This document shows, piece after piece, positions 11,178 through 22,700 of a DNA stretch of 64,000 bases. The notes under the pieces are model-generated. The model did not search any database. It saw nothing but the letters and a program-made list of their open reading frames with translations, and was not told the origin of the DNA. Source of the DNA: an uncultured Methylomirabilota bacterium (GTDB lineage: Bacteria; Methylomirabilota; Methylomirabilia; Methylomirabilales; 2-02-FULL-66-22); NCBI GenBank assembly GCA_963705305.1, contig OY970067.1, positions 4,096,001-4,160,000 of the forward strand. Direction: 5' to 3'. How positions within the stretch are numbered: the stretch's first letter is position 1; every line of letters begins with the position of its first letter. Position numbers and translations under genes: made by a program.

Positions 11178-12654
11178 GGTCCTCCGGATCGGCGTCGAGG
11201 AGCAGGGCATCGTACCGCTGCAGGTTGGGGCGCACCGGCGGCACGCTCAATCGGGGATCCCCGAGCGTGAGTGGGGGCGGCGCCACGGGCGGCGTGTCCT
11301 GGAGCCGGAGCCACTGCTCGACCTGGTGGCTCCCGACGATGGCCTGGGCGAGGCACGCGGCGAGCGCGGCTTCCACCGCGGCCGGGCCATAGAGGGTCGT
11401 GAGGAGCAGCAGGTGGTCCAACTCCGTCCGGAGCGAGCGCGTCCCCGCCCGGATGAGTTCCAGGTACTGCCGGGCCGCGGGCCCCAGCGCCTGCACGGCC
11501 TCGACCTGCCAGTGGGCCTGCGCACCGGGCTTGGTGGCCAGGAGCCCGTCGGCGTGGGCCGGGAGCACCACCTCCACCCCGCGCCGCCAGCAGCGGCCAT
11601 GCCGCGCCACGCGATGGGTGCCATACCAGAGGGTCACCGTGTCCGCATCCGCTCGCAGCGTGAGCGGCTTCCCCACCAAGCGCCAGGGGACCGAGTACCG
11701 GTTCCCGTCGAAGGCCACGCGGAAGCTCGGCGGCACCACCACGCTCCGCACCTCGTCCGTGTCGTACGGCTCCCCCAGTGGGAGCAAGGCCGGCCGCTCC
11801 TCGGCGACGAGGAGCGCGGGGATCTTCCGGGTCACGCGGTGCTCGCGCTGGTTCGCGATCGTGTCCCGCCACGCCTGGGCCTGCGTGTTCAGATCGGCGA
11901 GATCGCGGAAGGTCCGCCCCGGCCAGAAGTTCGTCCGGAGGTACTTGATGGCGTCCTCGACCCGCCCCTTCTCGTTCCCTTTGCCCACGTTGCAGGCCAC
12001 CGGCCGGAAGCGGTGGTGGCCGGCGTACGCCAGGAAGCGCGGGTGGAAGCGGACGAGCTTCCCGTGCCGCTCGGCCACCGCCGTCGCCAGGTTGTCGTAC
12101 CAGCACTCCTTTGGGCAGCCGCCCACGAAGGCGAAGGCAGCCTCGTGGCACCGCAGGAACGCCTCGAGGGTCTGGCTGAAGGTGAAGGTGACGGTCAAGA
12201 GCCGGGAGTAGCACAGGACGAGCACGAAGGCATGGACGGCCCGGCCGATCCCGAAGACGTCGCCGAACTCGCCCCAGTCCACCTGGGCGGCCTCCCCGCG
12301 GCCGAAGCTGAGCGTGGCCATGGCAGCTGGCGCGGCACTCGGCCGCAGCCGGCGCACGGCGCCCCGCAGCGCGCTGCTGCCGCCCCGGTAGCCCTCCTGC
12401 CGGAGCACCTGGAAGATCGTCACCGCCGAGCGCGCCGGGTCCTCGGTGAGCAGCGCCTGGATGCGGGCCCGGAACGGCGTGACCACCGTGGTCCGCGGCG
12501 CCGGCGGCGCGGGCACCAAGGCCACGCTCCGGCGCAGCGCCACCTTCCGGGCGCTCTCCCGGTGGATGCCGAGGTGGCGAGCGATCTGGCTGTAGCCCCA
12601 GCGCTCGGCATAGCGGAGCCGGAGGATCTCGGCTTGAATCGCGGCGGCCAGCAT
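11155..12654 (-). CDS. istA: IS21 DDE transposase
   Basis: N-terminal HTH, AQVDWG, YDNL, EKGRVE and NRYSVP motifs. Confidence 0.93.
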   Translation of the reverse strand: MLAAAIQAEILRLRYAERWGYSQIARHLGIHRESARKVALRRSVALVPAPPAPRTTVVTPFRARIQALLTEDPARSAVTIFQVLRQEGYRGGSSALRGAVRRLRPSAAPAAMATLSFGRGEAAQVDWGEFGDVFGIGRAVHAFVLVLCYSRLLTVTFTFSQTLEAFLRCHEAAFAFVGGCPKECWYDNLATAVAERHGKLVRFHPRFLAYAGHHRFRPVACNVGKGNEKGRVEDAIKYLRTNFWPGRTFRDLADLNTQAQAWRDTIANQREHRVTRKIPALLVAEERPALLPLGEPYDTDEVRSVVVPPSFRVAFDGNRYSVPWRLVGKPLTLRADADTVTLWYGTHRVARHGRCWRRGVEVVLPAHADGLLATKPGAQAHWQVEAVQALGPAARQYLELIRAGTRSLRTELDHLLLLTTLYGPAAVEAALAACLAQAIVGSHQVEQWLRLQDTPPVAPPPLTLGDPRLSVPPVRPNLQRYDALLLDADPEDHDGNPDA

Positions 12655-12707
12655 GGGGCACCTCCTTCCGGATGCCCCGGGTGTACCACCGAACTCCCGA
12701 TCCGCCT

Positions 12708-12932
12708 ATCGCGTCTCGTATCACCTTCCCGCGGCGCACTAACGGGGGCGAAGGGCCCGTGGGATCAGGGCTTGACGCCAGATCGCGTCTCGCGCCCTCA
12801 TGCAGTTAGGAGGGTGTAACCCCGCGGGAACCCAGCCCGAACCGACCAGATCGCGTCTCGCGCCGTCCGGGGTGCATTCTAGGGGGCCCGAACCCCGCAT
12901 GGGGGTTGCCCTTGCGCCATAATCGCGTCTCG
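12708..12932. repeat. ~70-bp periodic array with invariant ATCGCGTCTCG
   Basis: Copies at 12708, 12782, 12850 and 12922 (spacing 74/68/72). Confidence 0.8.
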
Positions 12933-13205
12933 CATCGCAGGGAGCACGCCGCGCAGGAAGCTCGCCACCTGGCGCGGGGAGACCGGCGTGGGCGCGGCCC
13001 GCGCCCGGGCCGGGTGCACGTAGTCCCGGTAGTGCGTGCGGGTCACGGCACGGTTCCGGCGGCGCCAAGCCCGACAGCTGGCGGCATGCCGCTGCTGCTG
13101 ACAGGCGGGCGCCCCGCAGGTCCATTGCCGCGGCCCCAGGCGGGGATGCGGACGGAAGAGAGTCTGACAGAAGGGGCACCGTCGGCGCCGCGGAGCTCGG
13201 GGCAT
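12879..13205 (-). CDS. Small basic Cys-rich (Zn-binding-like) passenger protein
   Basis: CPFC...TCGAPAC; RBS GGAGGTG upstream. Confidence 0.7.
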   Translation of the reverse strand: MPRAPRRRRCPFCQTLFRPHPRLGPRQWTCGAPACQQQRHAASCRAWRRRNRAVTRTHYRDYVHPARARAAPTPVSPRQVASFLRGVLPAMRDAIMAQGQPPCGVRAP

Positions 13206-13396
13206 CGATTCACCTCCCAGATGGAAGGCGACACCGTACCCGATGGGCCGGGCTTCCGCTCAGGATGGATACCGGGAGGTAAGTTGGACCGAACCTAGGC
13301 GGGCCTCTCGAGAAAGGGAACCACCGGATGAACGATCACTGACGGTGACGACTGCCGTCGTGGTGAAAGGTGACAACGTCTATGGTGTTGCGGCCA

Positions 13397-16026
13397 CTGC
13401 GGTCCCTGCGGGGATCGGTGTCGATCATGAGGTCCGCTCCCTCCGGCCACTCGGCGGGGTCCTGGAGGGGGCGGGCGGGAACGGGCTCACCCGCCGTGAG
13501 CCAACGTTCGGCTCGTGCGACGGCGGATGCCAGGTTATTCCAGACCGCGCCCATCGCGGGTCCTGGGATGACCTGGGCGGGCTCGGCGCCTTTGAGGGGA
13601 CTTCCCTCCGGGGTGTAGAGGAGCCCGTCGGCCAAGATGAGGTAGCCAACACCGGGCAGGCGACCGGACGCCGCCTGGGAACGCGCGTGGGCATAGGTGG
13701 AGAGCTGGACGGCGCGTCCCTCCTCCAGGAGGCGGCGATACTTCTCGCGCCCGGCGTACTTGAAGTCGATCACGCCCTCCTCCCCGTCCCGCCGCTTGAG
13801 GAGGCAATCGATGAAGCCAAGGAGATTCCGCCCGAGGGCCGTTCCCTCGATGGGCACCTCGAAACCCTCGATCCGGTACCCGCCGGCGCGGAGGGCGCCG
13901 GCGAACGTGCGGGCGGCGGCGGCCAGCTCGCTTCGGAGGCGGAGGCGCTCCTCGAGCCGCACCGGCTGGGCGAGGGGAGCCGCGTCGAGGGGAAGCCGCT
14001 CGTCGAAGCGCCGGAGGACCGCCTGCTCCGCGGCCTCGGGTGGGTAGGCGGTCCCATCGGCCTGGCGGACGGCCTGGAGGACCAAGTGGCCGAAGGTCCC
14101 CTTCAGGAGAAAGTCGTCCGGGAGGCTCACCAGGGCGCCCGGCTCGAGGCGGGCGGCGTAGCGGAGGACCCACTGGAGCGGACAGCCGAGGCGGCAGGTG
14201 AGGTCGCTCGCCGAGGTCTTGGTCCGATCCCGCAGGAGGCCCGGCGGAAGGCTCCAGCGCGGCCGGATCGGCTGCGCAGGCTGGACGGCGAAGGTGTCCT
14301 GCCCGAAGCGCCAGGGAGACACAACCTCCGGAGGGCCGGCCGTCAAGATGGATTCGAGGTCGATGGGGTGTCGAGCCTCTCCCCGTTCGAGCGCGCCGTT
14401 GATCTGCAGCCAGATCGGATGGGGTCGAAGTTCCTCATCGGTAGGGAGGGCGATCGCCAGGAGGGCCTCGGTCACGCGGAGGAGACCTCGGCGCTCCGCC
14501 TCCCGGCGGGCGGTGACGGCCCGGCTGCCATCGTCGAGGTCGATCCCAACAGCCCGGAGCGCCTGGATGTCCTGGGCGGTCCAGTGCGGGGTCGGAGGAT
14601 CGGCCGTCCCCAGGCCCAGCCAGATCAGCCGGGCGCAGGGCGCCGGGATCTCGGCCAGGCTCGCCACCAGGCGCGGGCCGCCGGCGGCCTCCAGGTGCGG
14701 CTGCGCCGCGAGGCCCTGGGGGAGGGTGGCCTCCAGAAGGCGGGCGAGCTGCGGCTCCGAAATGTCGCCGCCCTGCGTCGCGACCAGGGCGCCGAGCGTG
14801 CTCGCCTGGCCTGCCGCGGTCTCCAGGGCCTCGGAGAGGGCCGCCTCGGGTGGGGCAGCCTCGGCGAGGGCCCGCGCGCGTCCCGTCGCCCACTGCGCCA
14901 CGCGGGCGCACCGCTCCTTCACCAGGCTGGCGGGGAGGAGGCTCCCCCAGGGGCGTCGCTCGATCTCGAGCCAGGTCCGGAGGCGCTCCCGCAGCGCCCC
15001 GTCCGGATCGGCCTCGGGGGCGCAGAGCTCTTCCAGCGTCTCCTCCCACGCGTGGCTCCCGAGACCCGGCTGCCTAGCCAGGGCGTCCGCGAGGCGGCGG
15101 GCTGCCCGGCGCGGGATCGGGCCGACGGGCAGGGCGAGGAAATCGAGAAGGACGGCCGGGTCTACCGGCTCCCAGCAAAGGCGCAGGGCCAGGGGAAGGA
15201 CCTGGAGCACCGGGTGGGCGAGGGTGAGGAGGCTCGCCCCGGCGGTGGAGAGCCCCAGGCGCCCGAGGCATCCATCCAGCGCGAGGGCGACGGTCGGATC
15301 CTCGCAGCAGATGACGGTATCCGTGAGGCGCGCCGGCTCGGCCGCCAGGGCGCGAGCGACGGCCTCGCAGGCCGCCAGTGCGCTCCGGCTCCGGAGCCAG
15401 CGGAGACTGGGATCGGGTCGTGCGGGGGGGAGTGTTCCCTCGATGAGCTGGTCCTGGATCGTCCGGAGGGCTGTCCCGGAGTTTGCGCTTGGGGGACAGC
15501 CTGGGGGAGCTGCGGTCGAGAGACGGGCCAGGACCGAGCGCCAGCGAACCGGCCAGAGGTCAGGGGGATCGATAAGGATGATCCGGTGCGAGGGGGGTCG
15601 CTGGCCCTCGTCCAAGGCGGCCAGGACCCGCGCCAGCCGCTCGGCCTCGTCCGGCCACCGGAGGGGAGTGCGCTCGGTCGCCCCGGCGAGATCGTTGAGG
15701 AGGGGCGGGAGGCCAGGATCGGTGCGGCCGTCCCAGCCGGCCAGCCGGAGCGCGTCCCGCCGCCCGAGCAACTCGCTGGCGGTTCCCCAGCGGTCCGCGG
15801 TCAGGCTCGCCGCGAACGAGGGGCCAGGCGCCCGGTCGAGGGCGGTGGCAAACTCGAGGACTCGGGTGGAGTGGGGCGGCGGGGCGAACTGAAGGCCGAA
15901 CTGGGTCTCGAGCCAGCGGAGGAGCACCTCGGGTCCGCCGCGGTGGACGTTCCACGAATGCTCTCCGACTGGCGGCCGCACGGGGGAGCCCGTGAGCTGG
16001 ACCTCGAGCTGCGTGATGTCCGCCAT
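13397..16026 (-). pseudogene. AddB-like PD-(D/E)XK nuclease subunit, interrupted by IS21
   Basis: TSAS...CPLQW, GTFGH, GFIDCLL...IDFK and QLSTYA motifs; the C-terminal Cys cluster is displaced by the IS. Confidence 0.85.
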
Positions 16027-16860
16027 CGGAAGCCCTCCATGTGCGGGTGGCTGCCTCAGGTCTTCTAGCGCTTATCCGCCCTTCGGTCAAGGGAGAGGGA
16101 CAACTTGTCCGGGACAACGATTCGACATCGCTCATCTGCTGAGAGGAGCGTCGCAGCGGTGGGGGGACCATACAGCATCACTGTGCGATGTAACGCCACA
16201 ACCTCTTGGCCGTCTGAGGCGGGTTGGTAGGGGGGGGAGACCACATAGAGCCCAGCGTCGCAAAAAGGTGAGATGGGCGGGCGGGAAGGATCTGCGGAAA
16301 ATTCCGCCTGGCGGCATCAGTGGCCGCGCTGCTGTGCCACTTCGAGGTTCGGGAAATAGTCGTCCATAGCTCCGCCGGGCCCGCGTTACGGACTCTGGCC
16401 AGTATTTGGATGATATTGGCCCGCGACTCCAAGTACAAAATAAAGCTTTGCTTTATGCGGACACGCCAGATAGCGGTTTTACATTTTTGGTCAGCTCTAT
16501 AACTAATGGATTTATATGTTCTGGTTTCCGCTTGCGTGCCCCCGCAACCACGGGAACCAAGGGGTTAGCCGATGGCAATGGCTAGCCCCTTCGCCTTTTC
16601 AGAATACATTCGGAATAAACCGGCCAGGACCTACCCTGACGAGCAGAAATCAGGTCTGAAATCTAACCAGTGGTTTGGGCCCCTCCGACCCGATCCCTGT
16701 CCCATTGATCTCGCGTCTGGCGCAGCTGAAAGCTGCTGCGCCGGCTCCTCTGATGTGCGGTCTCTCAAAACAGCGCCCGAAACGCCTCCAGAACCGCTTC
16801 TGACCGTAACCCCATTGGGTATAAGGGCCTGGGCACTTCCCCCCAGGGGGGAGGGGCAGG

Positions 16861-17459
16861 GTGTCGGTTCGGCTCTTCTTCCTCTCGAGATTCCATCGTT
16901 CAAAAATCTCCCGGCGGCCGCCGCTCGTCCTCCAAGGCCGCGACCTCACGTTCCTTCGGGCGATGGTCGAGTACCGCCTTCTGTTTACTCCTCAATACCT
17001 CCTCCTCTTCCCCGAAAGCCGAGACCCTGTCTATCGACGACTTCAGCTTCTCTTCCACCATGGGTATCTCGATCGGCTGCGAGGAGACCCCACGGCCCCG
17101 ATGGTTTACGCCCTGGATCCGCGGGGAGCCGAGGTCCTCGTAGAGCGTGGATTGCTGCAAGACATCGGAGAGTGGCGGAAGAAAAACCGGGATTTTCACG
17201 AGCGCTACATTGCGCACCAGGGGATGATCACCGATTTCCGGGATGGCCCGGGAGCGGTTTGTTCAGAAGCCCTCGGCGGTACCCCAGAATGCATTTACCC
17301 TGGACGGACGTGTCCGCAGGATGGGGCTGCAGGATCACTCCGCCCCACGCCCCGGGGGCCAACAGCCATCCGACCGTCAAGACAGAAATGAGGCAGAGCG
17401 TGAGCGTCGAGGGTATCTCAATGTCTGCGGACGACCCGGCACCGGTCAATGGCGGTTAA
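16861..17459 (+). pseudogene. Replication-relaxation (Replic_Relax-like) protein remnant
   Basis: LQGRDL...RRLQLLFHHGYLDR...VYALDPRGA...IAHQGMI, then the frame breaks down. Confidence 0.55.
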
Positions 17460-17755
17460 CCCCTTGGGCGGCAATCGGTTCCATCCTCGGGCAGGATGGT
17501 ATGCGCCGGCCAGAAGGAGTGCGGGCAAACCCTCAGCGCCCTAACGGCGTAGCCGCGCTCCAGGCATCTGGCGCAACCGGGTGCGGCGCTGCGCCGCCAC
17601 GGGGCGCTGTGCATTCGAAGGCGGACTTGCGTATCCTTTGACGATGGTGGAACCGCGAGGTATAGTCCTGCCGTCCGACAGGGGGGGCGACCGACTGGCA
17701 TGGGAGCGCGCCCGGAGACCCCCCGTGGTGGGCCCCAGGCGGGAGTGGAGGGACG

Positions 17756-19162
17756 ATGGAGCGCGAACCAAAGGTCCTGATTGTGGACGACACGCCAATG
17801 TTCCGAGCGCTCCTCCGCGAGGCACTCGGGCCGGCCGGCTTCGAAGTGATGGAGGCGGGTGACGGCCTGAGTGCCCTGTCGCTCGTGAGGACGGAGGCGC
17901 CGGCGGCGGTGGTCCTCGACCTCGTGATGCCCAAACTGGACGGGCTCCAGACCCTGGAGCGGCTGCGAGCCATCGCGCCCAAGGTACCGGTCATCATGGT
18001 GACCGCACATGGGGATATCCCCACGGCCGTCCGCGCCATGCAGATGGGGGCATACCACTACCTCACCAAGCCGTTGCAAAACGAGGAAGTTGTCCTGCTG
18101 GTCAAGCGGGCGGTGGAGCACCATCGGCTCCTCCTGGAGGTGGAGGGGCTCAGGGACCAGCTCACGATGGGCAGCTCGCTCCTGTCGCTCTTGGGTCCGA
18201 GCAGGCAGGCGGCGGAGATCGCGCAGCGGGCAGGACAGGTCGCCGATTCGTCGCTCACGATCCTGATCCAGGGGGAGACGGGGACCGGCAAGGAACTGGT
18301 GGCTCGCGGCATTCACGGGATGAGCGCGCGGCGTCACGGGGCCTTCGTGGCTCTGGACTGCGGCGCCATCCCCGAGGCCCTGGTGGAATCCGAGCTCTTC
18401 GGCCATGAGAAGGGGGCATTTACCGGGGCGCACCGGGGGCGCGAGGGGCACTTCCGGCTTGCCCACGGCGGGACCCTGTTCCTGGACGAGGTAGCCAACC
18501 TATCGGCCACCGCGCAGGCGAAGCTCCTGCGGGCCCTCCAAGAGCGGCAGGTGCGTCCTGTGGGGGGGGAGCGCCCCGTCGCGGTGGACGTGCGTGTGCT
18601 TGCGGCATCCAACCTCCTCCTGGAGCAAGAGGTCCAGCGAGGACGCTTCAGGCAGGACCTGTACTACCGGCTGGCAGAGGTCGCCATCACCTTGCCCCCG
18701 CTGCGAGAGCGGCGCGAGGATATCCCCTACCTCGCCAAGCTGTTCCTCGCCGAAGCCGGCATAGAGCTGGGCAGGCCGGCGGCCGGGATCTCGGAGGCGG
18801 CGGCTGACCTCCTCTTGAACTACTCATGGCCAGGGAATGTCCGAGAGCTCAGGAACGTCATTCGTCGCGGACTCCTCCTGAGCGGGGGGGTCATCCTGCC
18901 GGAGCACCTCGAGTGGTTTGCCGTGGGCGGGCCGCCCGTCGAAGGTGCTGTAGGGCCCGAGATCGGGGCGCCCAGACACTCCCTGAAGGAGGCACGCGAG
19001 CGAAGCGCCGCCGCCGGCGAGCGAGAGGCCATCTGCCAGGCGCTCGTGGCCGCACGAGGCAACAAAACCGGGGCCGCCCGACTGCTTCGGACAGACTTCA
19101 AGACCCTCCACCTCAAGATGCGGCGGTACGGCATCCAGGCGCGCGAGTATCGCAACCCCTGA
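17756..19162 (+). CDS. Sigma-54-dependent response regulator (NtrC/AtoC family)
   Basis: REC domain, GETGTGKE, GAFTGA, LFLDEV, WPGNVREL and a Fis-type HTH. Confidence 0.95.
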   Translation: MEREPKVLIVDDTPMFRALLREALGPAGFEVMEAGDGLSALSLVRTEAPAAVVLDLVMPKLDGLQTLERLRAIAPKVPVIMVTAHGDIPTAVRAMQMGAYHYLTKPLQNEEVVLLVKRAVEHHRLLLEVEGLRDQLTMGSSLLSLLGPSRQAAEIAQRAGQVADSSLTILIQGETGTGKELVARGIHGMSARRHGAFVALDCGAIPEALVESELFGHEKGAFTGAHRGREGHFRLAHGGTLFLDEVANLSATAQAKLLRALQERQVRPVGGERPVAVDVRVLAASNLLLEQEVQRGRFRQDLYYRLAEVAITLPPLRERREDIPYLAKLFLAEAGIELGRPAAGISEAAADLLLNYSWPGNVRELRNVIRRGLLLSGGVILPEHLEWFAVGGPPVEGAVGPEIGAPRHSLKEARERSAAAGEREAICQALVAARGNKTGAARLLRTDFKTLHLKMRRYGIQAREYRNP

Positions 19163-19549
19163 CCCGTTCCGACGCTCAATCAGGGTTTCCTTCTCTCCTC
19201 TTGCGTATCCCGGACCCATAGTCTGGCTACCCCGCCATGGGAATTTTGCCAGGAGGCTGGGCCCGCGCCCCCGCCGAGATGCCACCCAGACCCGGCGAAG
19301 CACCTCCGTTCCTCTCGATCGCCTGCGCCGAGATTCGCTCATGGCATGCGGCGCGTGACTCCTGGTCGGCAAAAGGAACAAGAACGTCACCTGCCCTGGA
19401 CCCTCGTTTTTAGCTGAGGTTAAGCGGAGGGCTGCCGTTTTGGTTTTTCGGCGGTCGTACTGGATCGGATCGGATCGCCTTCTGCTGATCCATGCAGGAT
19501 TCAGGTTCAACCGTGCGTCGCCCGCTGTCCGTGCGGTGTCCTGCTTGAA

Positions 19550-19565
19550 CGGCACGGGAAGTGCA
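19550..19565 (+). promoter_or_regulatory. Putative sigma-54 promoter
   Basis: CGGCACGGGAAGTGCA fits GG-N10-GC, upstream of the kinase operon. Confidence 0.45.
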
Positions 19566-19753
19566 TACATACCTACTCACGAATAGCACCAACAGGCCAG
19601 ACGCAAGATGTATCCGCTCCCTGGGCCGGTCTGTCCCTCTCCCAACACAGACACGATGAAAGGCCTGGGCTCTGCCCCGGGCAAGGCTCGCGGGGGTTGA
19701 GGCAAGCTCGCTGCACTGAGAGCGGGAACGGACTCGCTTGAGCTGAGAGGAAA

Positions 19754-22700
19754 ATGATGAGGCAAGCGGCAGGAAACCGGGCACCGGGTATCGGCGAGAC
19801 TGGGAGGGGCAAGAGCCAGGGGCGCCGACCCTGGCGACGCTACCTCCCTGTTGTGTTCATCGCGTGTCTCGGGGCGGCCCTCACTCTTCTCGGGGCGGTT
19901 GCGCTCTCCCGGTGGGAACGGGCGCAAAGTGAGCTTCGCTTCGATCAGCACGGCACTCAACTTGCTGTCGCGATACAGAGGCGCATCGATGAAGCCGTGG
20001 AAATCGTCCGCAGCATCCGCAGCCTCTATGAGGCATCCCCTCGGGTCACGCGGCAACAGTTCCGTGCGTTCGTCGGGCGGTCCCTCGCCCGTGATCGCGG
20101 TATCCAGGCGCTGGAGTGGATTCCGCGGGTCCCCGCTGCCGAGCGCGACGCATACGAGGAGGCCGCCCGCCGGGATGGGCACCCGCAGTTTGAGATCACC
20201 GAGCGCGAGCGCCAAGCGCAAATGGTCCGCGCGTCCCGCCGCTCCGAGTACTTCCCAGTGTACTTTGTCGAGCCGTTCAAGGGGAACGAGATTGCACTCG
20301 GCTTTGACCTGGCGTCCGATCCTGTCCGGCTCGCCGCCCTCGAACAGGCCTGCGATACCGGCGCCGCGGTGGCCACAGCCCGGATCACGCTCGTCCAGGA
20401 GACGGGTCGGCAATACGGTTTCCTGATCTACGACCCGGTGTACCGCTCCGGGTCCACCCCGGAGACGGTGGAGGCGCGTCGTCGGGATCTGGTCGGTTTC
20501 GCGCTTGGGGTCTTACGGGCCGGCGACCTGATCGAAGAAGCACTCAAGGGGCTCCATGCCTCGGACGTTGCCCTCACCCTCCTCGACGACTCGGCGCCGG
20601 CGAGCGAGCGTCTCCTGTACCGTCGTATGTCGGATAACGGGAATCCCGGCGTCGAGGCGGTGAAGGAGAGTGGGGCAGGGCCGAAGCCGCCCTTCATCTG
20701 GAGGCAGAGATTCGATGTGGCCGGGCGCCGGTGGTCGTTGCTGTTCCTGGGAGGTGACAGCTATGCCCGCGCGTTTCCGGATTGGCAGCCGTGGGGGATC
20801 CTCGGACTCGGACTCCTGCTCACCGTCACTCTCACCGCCTACATGGCTACGACCATCAATCGCAACTTGCTCTTGGCCATGGCGAAGGAGTCTCTCGAGC
20901 AGGAGATTGACGCCCGGACTCAGGCCGAAGAGTCCCTGGCCGCGCGCACCCGCCAGCTCGAAGCGGTCCGGGCTGTGTCTCACGAGATCACCGGGGAGTT
21001 GGACCTTCCTCGGCTTTTTGAGGTCATCCACCGGCAAGCGGCAAATCTGCTGGGCGCGAGCGGCGGTGCGATCTTCCTGTGGGACGAGGCGGAGCAAGTG
21101 CTCGTTCCCTTTCCCTGGCACGGCCTGGGGGATTGGATGGCAGCCGCCAGGCGTCCCCTCGGCCAGGGCGTTACGGGGGTTGTCGCGCAGCGGCGGAAGG
21201 GTCTCATCGTCAACGACTACCGGACGTCGCCTCTGGCGTACCCCGGCACCCTGGAACACACTGAGATCCGTGCGGTCGTTGCCGAGCCCCTCCTGTACCA
21301 GGATCGACTCGTGGGGGTGATCACCGTCCATGACGAGCGGGCTGGACGGCTCTTTACCGAACAGGACCGCCAAACGTTGGAGCTGCTTGCAGGCCAAATC
21401 GCCATCGCTATTGAGAACGCCCGCCTCCACGCTGCCGCGCTCCAGCGTGGGGAGGAGCTCGCAGCGCTCCTCCGGTCGGGGCGCGTCGTCATGGGCGGTC
21501 TGGATCTCGAGGGGACCTTGGATCGCATTATCGGGGAGGCCTCCGAGATCGCGCACACCCCGCACGTCAAGGTCCTGCTCGCGGGCGAGCAGGATGGAAA
21601 GCTGTGCATGGCCGCGGTCCGCGGCCGGCCGGTTGAAATGATCCGCCGATTCGAGTATGGGTTTGAGGGCAGCCTCTCGGGGATCGTGGCGACGACCGGA
21701 CAGCCCCTCTTCGTGGCCGATTGCCAGAATGATCCACGGAATATCGCTTCGGAGCAAGATCGGATGTTTGGCATTCAGACCTACCTTGGATTACCGATCA
21801 AGGGCCAGGACGAAATCCTCGGTGTCCTGACCTTCAACACGACGGTGCCTCGCCGGTACACCCCTGGAGAAATTGCGTACCTCACGTCGTTCGCGGATGA
21901 GGCCGCCATCGCCATCGAGAACGCCCGCCTGTACGCCGCCTCAGAAGAGCGGGCCCAGGCACTGGAGGTCCTTCGCGAGATCGATCACGCCATTACGTCC
22001 CGCCTGGAGCTGGGCGAGGTGCTCGAGGCCGTGGTCGCAGGCGCCATGCGGCTGCTGAACAACCCGTCCGCCCAGATCATCCTGTGGGATGAGGCCGCCC
22101 AGCGACTCCGCTATGGCGCCGCCCGAGGCCCGGAAACGGACCGTGTCAAAGGGCAAGTCTTTGAACTAGGGCGCGGGATCAACGGGATCGTGGCGCAGAC
22201 GCGCCAGCCCATGATCCTCGATGACTACCAAACCTCTCCATATGTTCTGCCGGAATGCTTCGATGTCACAGCCACGATCACCGTCCCGATTCTGTTCGAA
22301 GGGCGGCTTTCGGGGGTCTTGCATTCCCACACGACCCAGGCGGGCAGGCGGTTTACCCCGCGAGACCTCCACCGGCTCCAGATGCTCGCCGCCCAAGCGG
22401 CCATCGCCATCGAGAACGCCCGGCTCTACGACGAGATCCAGCGCTACGCCGCTGACCTCGAGGAGCGGGTGGCTGCCCGCACGGCGGAGCTCGCGGCGGC
22501 CAACGAGGAGCTCGCCGCCGCCTCCCGGCACAAGTCCGAGTTCCTCGCGAACATGTCCCACGAGCTCCGGACCCCCCTGAACGGGATCCTCGGGTTCGCC
22601 CAGATCCTCCAGGAGCAGGTCGGGGCCGCCCTGTCGGAGAAGCAGCGCCGCTACCTGGGCCACATCTACGGGAGCGGCCAGCACCTCCTCACCCTCATCA

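Larger units (their letters stand above)
10244..13396 (-). mobile_element. IS21-family element with passenger ORF
   Basis: TG...CA ends, imperfect 27-bp inverted repeats, and 6-bp target duplication CTGCGG (10238-43, 13397-402). Confidence 0.92.

Noticed and set aside
12708..12932. The ~70-bp array as a canonical CRISPR
   Set aside because: The invariant core is only 11 bp, the inter-repeat segments resemble each other, and there are no cas genes. Kept as an unexplained array.
13243..16068. Long antisense and alternate-frame ORFs (941 aa here; also 7796-10210, 23705-26692, 25393-28020)
   Set aside because: Shadow ORFs of GC-rich genes with no recognisable motifs.
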